From positions 128,001 to 192,000 of the forward strand of contig CBDESU010000002.1 in the NCBI GenBank assembly GCA_965242695.1: a stretch of 64,000 nucleotides of DNA. The letters are read 5' to 3'. Each line of letters opens with the position of its first letter. Positions within the stretch are counted from its first letter, which is position 1. A program made the position numbers and the translations under genes. Source of the DNA: Cenarchaeum sp. Its GTDB lineage: Archaea; Thermoproteota; Nitrososphaeria; Nitrososphaerales; Nitrosopumilaceae. Of this stretch, positions 9,209-17,381 are shown piece after piece. The notes under the pieces are model-generated. The model was not told the origin of the DNA, did not search any database, and was given only the letters and a program-made list of their open reading frames with translations.

Positions 9209-11299
9209 TCAAGTCGCAGGCAGCTCCGCAAGGCCCAGGCTGCGCAGGTACCTGTACGTCTCGTCGTAGAACTCTGGCGATCGGGTGCCGTCCTCGCTGT
9301 CGCCCTCTGGCACGAATATGACCATGCCCTGCCGCGCCCTGGTGAGCAGGACCCTGTACGCGTTCCGCAGGTACGACTGCCTGTCGGCCTTGCGCATGTT
9401 CATCCACCGCTTCCCCTTGAACTCCCAGTGGCACCAGCCGCCTCCGCCGCCGCTGTGCCGCAGGTTGGCATCCCATGCGACGCACACCCAGTCGAGCTCG
9501 AGCCCCTGCACGTCAAACTCGGTGGCCGCGTACTCTAGGCTGTACGACGAGCGCGGGTCGTCGCGCCCGTTGAGGAACCACTTTGTGGCATCGACGGTCA
9601 GCTCGACGTAGATGCCGTGCGGCTGGAGCCTGTACGACTTTGCCGCCGCGACTATGCCGAACCGCTCACTCCCGCGGGCCCTGTCGCGGAGCCACTTCTT
9701 TGCAAGCCCAAAGTCGCGCGTGATCACGATCGGGTACCGGCCGAGACGGGGCCGCAGGGCAGCGGCCGCGCCGACGTCGATGTCGAGCAGGGCCTTTACG
9801 AACTTTGAGACGTGCTCGCTGCGAAACGACCTGATCGACGTGCCCAGGTGCAGCTCGGGCACGGACTCGGCGCCGACCATCGAGACCATTGCGCCCATGT
9901 CCCCGTCCGGGGCGTACTCGCTGTCGGCGATCTCGCCGGACACGTACACGTCCCAGTCGGGGTACCGGTCGCGGACGGCCCTGAACCACTCGGGCAGCCC
10001 CGCCTCGCCGGTGTTGATCTCCTGCCCGCCGCCGACGAGGCAGACGATCGTGGCCCAGCCCTTGTGGCGGTCCATCGCCCCGATCAGGAACTCGGGCTCG
10101 GACATGTCGAACCCCTTTATCCCCTTCCTGCGCGCAAGCCACGACGAGAGGTGCCCGCGGTTCCACGCCCTCTGCGCCTCGTCGAATACGGCCACCCTCT
10201 CGTGGGGCGCATCGCCCCTTGCCATGTACTCGTCGCGGAAATGGTGTATGTTCTGGATGAACGCGGACGCCTCGCGGCGCGCCTTGCCCTTTGTCATCGG
10301 GGGGCGGGCGGGATCGGCGACGCGGTCGCGGGCGAGCGCCTCCCGCAGCACGCCCACGAGCGGCCCGTTCCCCGACAGGAAGATCGCATGCTCGCTCTTG
10401 TCGACGTTCTGCCGCTCGTTCGCAATGTTCAGGCCGGCGAGCGTCTTTCCCGCGCCCGGCACGCCCGTCACGAAGCAGATCGACTTGCGCCCCCCGGCCT
10501 TTGAGCGCTCTATGATCCCCGAGACTGCAGCGGCGGTCTCGGACAGGTTTCGGGCGCCGCCCTCGTGCCGGGTTATCTCGTCGACCCTGTGGTTGGCGTA
10601 CAGGGCGCGCGCCGCCTCGATGATCGTCGGCGTCGGCTTGTAGGCGGACCCTTCCCAGGCGGCCGGATCGATCTCGTCCAGGCCCGCGCAGGGGCCGTCC
10701 AGGACGCCGGCGATCTCGCGGCCAAGGCAGGCAGCGTTCGTCAGGACGATCCCGAACACGCCGTCCGATCCGGCGCGCGGCGGCGCCCCGCCCGCGCCCT
10801 TCCCTAGCCCGCGGTCCGGCGCCCCCGTGGCTATCAAGACGGGCACGATCGGTGCGGCGTGGCTGCCCTCGTGGAAGTTCTTGAGGTCCAGCGCATAGTC
10901 GACGCACTGGTCCATGTCCGCCCTGTCGTGCGCCCGCTTGCCGACCTTGAACTCCATCACAAAGACGGCGCCGCCGCAGACGAGGACCGCATCGGCGCGC
11001 TTTCCCATGCGCGGTATCGAGAACTCTAGGAAGATGCGGCCGCCTCGGCCGCCGAGCCCCCGCAGCTCCCTCTTGAGGATCGCAATCTCCTGCTCCCAGG
11101 CGCCGCGCTGCTCGTCGCCCAGGTCAAAGGGCAGCTCGCGGGCCATGTCGGCCACGATGCGGCCCGGGTCGGCGGATGCCAGCCCTGCCAGGTCTGCCGA
11201 ATAGTACGAGCGCCCCAACGCCGGCTGCAGCGACGGACGCCGTAATAACGGCTCCGATCTGGCAGGGGCCGCGCCCGGAGCTGCGCCGGCGGGAGGCAC
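9209..11299 (-). CDS. DUF2075-domain (Schlafen group 3-like) helicase/nuclease
   Basis: N-term PD-(D/E)xK-like RADAVL..MEFKVG; Walker A GVPGAGKT; VFDEAQR; EFDVQGLELD; NAYRVLLTRARQG. Confidence 0.88.
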   Translation of the reverse strand: MPPAGAAPGAAPARSEPLLRRPSLQPALGRSYYSADLAGLASADPGRIVADMARELPFDLGDEQRGAWEQEIAILKRELRGLGGRGGRIFLEFSIPRMGKRADAVLVCGGAVFVMEFKVGKRAHDRADMDQCVDYALDLKNFHEGSHAAPIVPVLIATGAPDRGLGKGAGGAPPRAGSDGVFGIVLTNAACLGREIAGVLDGPCAGLDEIDPAAWEGSAYKPTPTIIEAARALYANHRVDEITRHEGGARNLSETAAAVSGIIERSKAGGRKSICFVTGVPGAGKTLAGLNIANERQNVDKSEHAIFLSGNGPLVGVLREALARDRVADPARPPMTKGKARREASAFIQNIHHFRDEYMARGDAPHERVAVFDEAQRAWNRGHLSSWLARRKGIKGFDMSEPEFLIGAMDRHKGWATIVCLVGGGQEINTGEAGLPEWFRAVRDRYPDWDVYVSGEIADSEYAPDGDMGAMVSMVGAESVPELHLGTSIRSFRSEHVSKFVKALLDIDVGAAAALRPRLGRYPIVITRDFGLAKKWLRDRARGSERFGIVAAAKSYRLQPHGIYVELTVDATKWFLNGRDDPRSSYSLEYAATEFDVQGLELDWVCVAWDANLRHSGGGGGWCHWEFKGKRWMNMRKADRQSYLRNAYRVLLTRARQGMVIFVPEGDSEDGTRSPEFYDETYRYLRSLGLAELPAT

Positions 11300-11381
11300 G
11301 GCGGGCTGGGCGGAGGCGGGGGAGGGGTGTGATCAGGGGGCAGAACTGTCAACCGGCGCGGCCGGCGGCCGCATCAAGGGG

Positions 11382-13046
11382 CTAGACGAGCGCCTGCGAG
11401 GCCTCGTGGAACATCTGGCTCTTTGCGCAGCCTGCCGCAAGCTCGTCGCCGGCGCCGCGCCTCATCAGGCCGCGGTACAGGCCGTCCTCTAGCTTTACGT
11501 CCTCGCGCTTCTCCCACTCCTCGACGGTGATAGAGTACTTTTTCTGGATGCGGTCTCGGTACCACTCGGGTATGACGTTGAACGCGCAGAAGGGGATTAT
11601 GCGCAGGTCGGGCGTCACGTAGTGTATGTCGCACCGCTGCAGCCGCTCTAGGTCCTCGTTGTACTTGTCCTGAAAGTGCATCATGCCGAGGAACAGCCCC
11701 TTTACGTGCCACGACCCGACCGAGTCGAACGAGCGCTTCATGAGTATGTTGCCGAACATCTTGGCTAGGTCGAGGCCGGCCGGCTGCTTCTTCGTGTCGA
11801 CAAAGCCCTTTAGCTTGCGGACCACCTCTAGCATTGTAAAGTACTTGTTCTTGCCGGAGCGTATCTCCTCGGCCTTGTCCTCGAACAGCTCTAGCATGCC
11901 CTGGATGTCGCAGAACTTTGTGAGCGGGACGAACTTTTTCGTATCCTCGTCCTCGAACACGTACGTGCCCGCCCCGCACGCAAAGTGTATGGACAGCTCG
12001 TACTTTGGCTTGCTCGAAAACGCCTCGATGACGTTCGTGAGCGGCATGCAGCTCGGCACCGGAAACCAGTCGTCGATCGTGACCTCGCCGCCGGTCTGCT
12101 CCTCGATGCGCTGTATGCAGTCGGGGATGGTGATGCGGTACTTTTCGCGCTCCTGCTTGCCCATGCGTCCCGTGAGCGAGACGGGCTGGAAGTTGACGGC
12201 GTGGACCACGTCCATGTTCTTCTGGGCGTACCGGATGATGCCGCCAAGCTCGTGGTCGTTGATCGACTTGATGACGGTCGGCACGAACACGACCGTCGTG
12301 CCGGTCTTGCGGCAGCTGTCTAGGGCGTGGGGTATCTCCCAGTGGTTCTTCGGGTTGGTTCTTGCGGTGACCCCGTCGAAGCTCAGGTACAGGTTGTTGC
12401 AGCCGGCAAGCCGCACGTCGCGGGCCGCCTCTGGGTCCATCGCATGCCGGATGCCGTTGGTGTTCATCTGTATGTGGTCGACGCCCTCTTCCTTCATGAT
12501 TCGGATGACGTCCGTAATGTCCTCGCGCAGCATCGGCTCGCCGCCCGTAATCTGCATCGAGTTGCCAGGTATGGGCCGCTCGGCCCTGAGCGTCTTCATC
12601 ATCGCGCGCACCTGGTCCTGAGACGGCTCGTACATGTACGCGCCCTCCAGCCCCTTCTTGACGTAGAAGAAGCAGTACCAGCACGTCAGGTCGCACCTGT
12701 TCGTGACGATCATGTTGGCCAGGCCGCTGTGAGAGAGGTGGTTCGAGCACAGGCCGCAGTTGTTGGGGCAGGCGCACTTTTCGATCATGACGTTGGGTGC
12801 GTGGGCCCCCTTGCCGTCCTGCCAGTACGTGCTGAACTTTTGGTACAGCTCGTACGAGCCAAAGTAGAGCTCTTCGCACTCTCCGTGCGTGGGGCATGTC
12901 TTTGTCATGTAGACGCGGCCGTCCCTCTCGAACACCTCGGCGTCTAGGATCATGTTGCAGTCTGGGCAGATGCTCTGCGTGAACCGCACGGTCGACTTCT
13001 TGCCGAGGCTCTTTTGCGCCTGGTTGGCGATCTGGATCAGAGACAT
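11382..13046 (-). CDS. tes: Radical SAM tetraether lipid (GDGT) synthase
   Basis: N-term TQSICPDC..KTCPTHG, CPNNCGLC, radical SAM CDLTCWYC, TGGEP, HFACG, C-term CDIHY..IPFCAFN typical of MJ0619/Tes. Confidence 0.88.
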   Translation of the reverse strand: MSLIQIANQAQKSLGKKSTVRFTQSICPDCNMILDAEVFERDGRVYMTKTCPTHGECEELYFGSYELYQKFSTYWQDGKGAHAPNVMIEKCACPNNCGLCSNHLSHSGLANMIVTNRCDLTCWYCFFYVKKGLEGAYMYEPSQDQVRAMMKTLRAERPIPGNSMQITGGEPMLREDITDVIRIMKEEGVDHIQMNTNGIRHAMDPEAARDVRLAGCNNLYLSFDGVTARTNPKNHWEIPHALDSCRKTGTTVVFVPTVIKSINDHELGGIIRYAQKNMDVVHAVNFQPVSLTGRMGKQEREKYRITIPDCIQRIEEQTGGEVTIDDWFPVPSCMPLTNVIEAFSSKPKYELSIHFACGAGTYVFEDEDTKKFVPLTKFCDIQGMLELFEDKAEEIRSGKNKYFTMLEVVRKLKGFVDTKKQPAGLDLAKMFGNILMKRSFDSVGSWHVKGLFLGMMHFQDKYNEDLERLQRCDIHYVTPDLRIIPFCAFNVIPEWYRDRIQKKYSITVEEWEKREDVKLEDGLYRGLMRRGAGDELAAGCAKSQMFHEASQALV

Positions 13047-13500
13047 GCTCTAGCAGGGGCGGGCGCGCGCCGGTATATAAGGTATCACTGCCCTTGCCCC
13101 GTGTGAAACGGGGGCGCGCTTATAAGCACAGGTGAGAGATCGCGGCCCCTAGGCGCCAGCCACGCCTAGCATTCGGTCTCGCGCCCCCCTAGGCCCCCTC
13201 CCCCCACCCCTAGGCCTGCTGCCCGCCGTGTCAACCACAGGCCATTCACCTAGGCGCCGCCCCTGCTCCCCTCCGCATGCCTGCCCTACCGCTGCACGCT
13301 AGCCCACTGACCGGGCATATCCAGCGCCGCCCCTGCGCCCTCTCCCCCCCCCCCCGCTAGTCGCCACGGATGGGGGCGCTGGTCGCGGCCACGTCCCGCG
13401 CTCGACGCGGCCGGTCTGGCCCCTCTTGGCTGCCACGGACGGGGGCCTGGTCGCCGGCACCTGCGCCGATTTTTAAGGGCGGCCCCTACAGCGTGGCACG

Positions 13501-14295
13501 ATGGCAGTCGTCATCCCCGAGAGGGCCCGCAAGGCCCTAGAGCGCATCGGGCTTACGGGCCACGAGACGAAGGCGTACGCGGCGCTCCTCGGCAAGGACG
13601 CAGAGGGCGGGGCAGGGGGCATGACGGCGGCAGGCGTGAGCGGCGAGTCCGGCATACCGCAGTCCAAGATATACGACATCCTCGGCTCCCTAGTGGAAAA
13701 GGGGTGGGCCGGCTCGGACGACTCCCGCCCCACGCTGTACTACCCAAAGTCGCCCGCAACCGGCCTAGAGACCGCCAGGCGCCGCGCCGACGCCGAGTTC
13801 GCCGAGATGGGCCGCGTCGTCTCTAGCGAGCTGCTCCCCCTGTACGAGATGAGCGGCGCAAGCGAGAGGCCCGAGATATGGTTCCTGTCGGGCGCGGCAA
13901 GCATCGCCGCCAAGATACTAGAGATGGTCGATACGTGCAGGAGCGACGTGCGGATCGCCGTGCCAAAGGCGAGCGAGTCGCTAGTCCGGCAGGCCCTCCC
14001 AAGGCTGCGGCAGCTGCGCGACAGGGGCGTGACCATTACCGTACTGGCGTCGGGCAGCATCAGCGCCGACTCCCTCAGGTCCCTCTCAAGGGTCGTCACG
14101 TCGGTCAGGACGCGCGACGGGCTGTTCGCGGGCGGCATCATCGCCGACGGGCGGTACGTCGTGATCCTGCTCGGCCACGAGATGGGAGAGTCGTCGTCGG
14201 CCGGCACGGTCGCAATCTGGGCCGACCACGCGGGGCTGGCCGGATTTGCGCTCGAGTACTTTGAATATTTATTAAAGGACTCCGAGGTGGTGTAG
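13501..14295 (+). CDS. TrmB-family transcriptional regulator
   Basis: IGLTGHETKAY...SGIPQSKIYDILGSLVEKGW HTH plus PLD-like effector domain; TTTTAA at ~13471. Confidence 0.9.
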   Translation: MAVVIPERARKALERIGLTGHETKAYAALLGKDAEGGAGGMTAAGVSGESGIPQSKIYDILGSLVEKGWAGSDDSRPTLYYPKSPATGLETARRRADAEFAEMGRVVSSELLPLYEMSGASERPEIWFLSGAASIAAKILEMVDTCRSDVRIAVPKASESLVRQALPRLRQLRDRGVTITVLASGSISADSLRSLSRVVTSVRTRDGLFAGGIIADGRYVVILLGHEMGESSSAGTVAIWADHAGLAGFALEYFEYLLKDSEVV

Positions 14296-14296
14296 C

Positions 14297-14884
14297 GTGG
14301 ACGACCGCGAGATACTGTTCGTCGGGACGGCCGAGGCAGAGCATGTAGAGATGTACCTCAAGGCCATCTGGCACCTCAACGAGCGGAAGGAGGACGTCAA
14401 GATAAGCAGCATTGCGAGGATGCTGCACGTGCGGCAGCCTAGCGTGGTGCAGATGCTCAAAAAGCTCGACTCGCAAAAGCTCGTCAGCTACACCAAGGCC
14501 GGCGTGCACCTAACGGAGGAGGGCAGCAAGGTCGGCGCGACGATGATGCGCAACAGCAGGCTGCTCGAGGTCCTCATGGACAGCGCCCTAAAGATAGAGA
14601 TCGACGAGGAGATGGTCTGCGGGATAGAGCACCACATGAACCCGCAGTTCACCGACGCGCTCTGCACGATGCTGGGGCACCCCGGCCTGTGCCCCCACGG
14701 CCTCGGCATACCCCCCGGCGATTGCTGCCTTGCGGCGCGCAGGGAGGGCGATGCCGCGGGTGCGGCGGGGCCGGGCGGCCACGGCGGGGCCGGGGGCGAT
14801 GCCGCGGGTGCGGCGGGGCCGGGCGGCCACGGCGGGGGCGATGCCGCGGGTGCGGCGGGGCCGGGCGGCCACGGCGAGAGCTGA
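14297..14884 (+). CDS. DtxR/MntR-family metal-dependent regulator with His/Gly-rich repeat tail
   Basis: EMYLKAIW, PSVVQMLKKL, CGIEHH, CPHG; tail GDAAGAAGPGGHG x3. Confidence 0.9.
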   Translation: MDDREILFVGTAEAEHVEMYLKAIWHLNERKEDVKISSIARMLHVRQPSVVQMLKKLDSQKLVSYTKAGVHLTEEGSKVGATMMRNSRLLEVLMDSALKIEIDEEMVCGIEHHMNPQFTDALCTMLGHPGLCPHGLGIPPGDCCLAARREGDAAGAAGPGGHGGAGGDAAGAAGPGGHGGGDAAGAAGPGGHGES

Positions 14885-14966
14885 CGGCGGGCATTCGCGC
14901 GGCGCGCTGCGAAGGGCGGCGTAGGGGTCGGCAAGGGTTATGTTGGGCCCCGCTCGCGCCGCCCCG

Positions 14967-15131
14967 TTGGCGTGCTTTTGCGGGTGCCAAAAATACGAGG
15001 CGAGCCCAAACGGGTTCGTCATAGGATGCGTGCGGTGCGACCACGGCCCGCAGAACCACGACGACGAGTTCCGCAGGTCGGCCAGGGCGAACGAGAACGC
15101 GAGCCAAAAGCGCGATGCCGACTTTGGGTGA
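14967..15131 (+). CDS. Small Cys/His-containing protein
   Basis: ACFCGC...GCVRCDHGPQNH motif; TTG start about 25 bp after GGTTATG. Confidence 0.5.
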   Translation: MACFCGCQKYEASPNGFVIGCVRCDHGPQNHDDEFRRSARANENASQKRDADFG

Positions 15132-15149
15132 CCTCGAGAGGGGGCGCCA

Positions 15150-15569
15150 TCACTCGCCGATGACCTTGACCAGGACCCGCTTGTCGCGCCTGCCGTCAAA
15201 CTCGCCGTAGAACACGCGCTCCCACGTCCCCAGGTCCAGCGAGCCGTCCGTGACTGCGACGACCACCTCGCGCCCCATGACCTGCCGCTTGAGGTGCGCA
15301 TCGGCGTTGTCCTCGCCCGTGTCGTTGTGCCGGTACTGGCCCGTCGGCTCGTGCGGCGCCAGGCGCTCAAGCCAGCGCTCGTAGTCGCCGTGCAGCCCCT
15401 GCTCGTCGTCGTTGATGAAGACGCTCGCCGTGATGTGCATCGCGTTCACCAGGCACAGCCCCTCGCGCACGCCGCTCCTGCCTACGGCATCCTGCACCTG
15501 GCCGGTGATGTGCACGAACGCCCTGCGCGTGGGCGTCTTGAAGTGGAGGTACTCGGTGTGCGACTTCAC
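15150..15569 (-). CDS. yjbQ: YjbQ/UPF0047 family protein
   Basis: [42 protein letters not shown]. Confidence 0.93.
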   Translation of the reverse strand: MKSHTEYLHFKTPTRRAFVHITGQVQDAVGRSGVREGLCLVNAMHITASVFINDDEQGLHGDYERWLERLAPHEPTGQYRHNDTGEDNADAHLKRQVMGREVVVAVTDGSLDLGTWERVFYGEFDGRRDKRVLVKVIGE

Positions 15570-15620
15570 CGCGCGGGGGGCGCCGGCGCGCCTTAAAAGG
15601 GCTCGCGGGCGCTGTGGGCA

Positions 15621-15674
15621 GGCTCAGAACTCAAGATCCTCATCATGCGTCAGGTGGATAGATTCGTCAGCGCC
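15621..15674 (-). ncRNA. Box C/D guide sRNA (D guide predicted for C34 of tRNA-Leu(CAA))
   Basis: Minus strand reads GGCG-CUGACGA(C)-AUCUAUCCAC-CUGA(D')-CGC-AUGAUGA(C')-GGAUCUUGAGUU-CUGA(D)-GCC with terminal GGC/GCC stem. Confidence 0.85.
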
Positions 15675-15747
15675 CGCGCCTGCCCCGCGCGGCGCGCACT
15701 TATCTGCCTTTCATAATGCTAATAAACTACGGCAGGGCAGGCGGGGC

Positions 15748-16185
15748 ATGGTCGCCATAGACACGACGTCGTCGCTTGAGAGCTTTAGGCGGTTCGTGTA
15801 CCAGAGCACGTGCGCCTCGTACGCGCCGCGAGGCTACATGGACGACAGGGAGGTCTACGCCGAGCGCGACCCCGAGCTCGGCGCCATCCACGTAGAGGCC
15901 ACCGACAAGGCGCAGCTCAAGAAGATAAGGGACATTTCGTTCGTCAACGCCTCTGACGTGCTCGGCGTCATCTACAACTCGAAGAGCGGCAACACGTCCC
16001 TCAAGTGGCGCCAGACGGACAGGTACAGGGGCAGGGTGACGGGGGAGGCATCGACGAACTCGCTCGCCAACCTGGCCGCTGCCGGCGTGCTCACCCTAGA
16101 GTGGGTCGAGGAGTACGTGGCCGAGAGGCTCGCCGAGAAGGAGGCGGGCGGCGGCGGCGGCAGTGGCGACGCCCCGCAGGGCTAG
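15748..16185 (+). CDS. Conserved hypothetical protein
   Basis: Coding-like composition from ATG 15748 (MVAIDTTSSLESFRRF...); TAATAAA about 25 bp upstream. Confidence 0.7.
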   Translation: MVAIDTTSSLESFRRFVYQSTCASYAPRGYMDDREVYAERDPELGAIHVEATDKAQLKKIRDISFVNASDVLGVIYNSKSGNTSLKWRQTDRYRGRVTGEASTNSLANLAAAGVLTLEWVEEYVAERLAEKEAGGGGGSGDAPQG

Positions 16186-16224
16186 GGGCCGCGGCGCGCC
16201 GGCGGCAGGGCGGGTGCGCGCCGC

Positions 16225-17295
16225 GTGATCTCAAAGGCCGTCGACGAGAGGACCTTTACGGTGCAGCCCGAAGAGTCCGACGACCTGCTCGCCGTCCGGC
16301 GCATCCTCGAGTCGGGCGACCACGTCTCGGGCGTGAGCAACAGGGTCGTAAAGCGCGAAAAGGAGTACTCTAGGCCCGACAGGGGGGAGCGCGTGACAAT
16401 GCGCCTTACGGTCCAGGTCGAGGCGGCCGCCCTCGACAGCGTCCTTGACAGGCTCAGGGTGCGCGGCACGATAACGGCATCGACGCACGAGTCGGTCCAG
16501 CGCGGATCGCACCACTCGATCGTCGTCCAGCCCGGCGACACCGTGGCAATCTCAAAGCAGCGCTGGTCGCCCGTCCACAGGAGGCTCGTCTCCGGCGACA
16601 GGGGGGGCGCCTCGCCCGGGTTTGTCCTGGTCGCCGTCGACTCGGCCGAATGCGCAGTGGCCAGGCTCAAGGGCACGCGCCTCCACGCGGCATCCTCCAT
16701 AAGGTCGGGCGCCGGGGGCAAGCGGTACGCCGAGTCGCAGGCGCGGAGGGGGAAGGGGGCAGGCAGCCCGGCAAGGTACATCGACGACATTGCCGGCGCG
16801 GCCGCATCGCTCGTCCGGAGGGGGGATGCCTTCATTGTATTCGGCCCCGGCGAGGCCAAGAGAAGGGTGGCCAACCGGCTGCAGGAGGGAGGCGGGGCCC
16901 CCGTCACCGTCGTCGAGGGCGCCGACACGGGGGGAATGGACGGGATATACGCCTTTACAAAGTCCGACGCGATGAGGAAGGCGATCGGCGGCGGCAAGCT
17001 TGCGGCGGTGTACAGGATAGTCGAGGAGGTGATGCGCATGGCAGGCGCAAGATCGCGCAAGTTCGCCATGGGGTACGCAGAGGCCCGCAGGGCATGCGGC
17101 ATGGGAGCCGTCGAGTCTATGGTATTCTCGGAGCGGCTGCTCCACGACGCAGGCGAGCAGGAGGCGATCGACCTGCTCAACGCCGTCGAGGGCGGCGGGG
17201 GCAGCGTCTACGGCGCGGACTCGTCGACGGATGCGGGAATGCAGGTGGCCGGCCTGGGGGGCGTAGTCTGCATCCTGAGGCACCCCGTGGAGTGA
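16225..17295 (+). CDS. pelA: mRNA surveillance protein pelota
   Basis: PEESDDL, LRVRGTI, GSHHSI, FGPG, C-term GLGGVVCILRHPV. Confidence 0.92.
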   Translation: MISKAVDERTFTVQPEESDDLLAVRRILESGDHVSGVSNRVVKREKEYSRPDRGERVTMRLTVQVEAAALDSVLDRLRVRGTITASTHESVQRGSHHSIVVQPGDTVAISKQRWSPVHRRLVSGDRGGASPGFVLVAVDSAECAVARLKGTRLHAASSIRSGAGGKRYAESQARRGKGAGSPARYIDDIAGAAASLVRRGDAFIVFGPGEAKRRVANRLQEGGGAPVTVVEGADTGGMDGIYAFTKSDAMRKAIGGGKLAAVYRIVEEVMRMAGARSRKFAMGYAEARRACGMGAVESMVFSERLLHDAGEQEAIDLLNAVEGGGGSVYGADSSTDAGMQVAGLGGVVCILRHPVE

Positions 17296-17381
17296 AGCGG
17301 CGGCAGGGGGCGGCGGGGCAGCCGCGCTGCGGAAAAATAAAAAGGGGGGGCGGCAGGCTCGCGCCTGCCGGGCACCACGCC

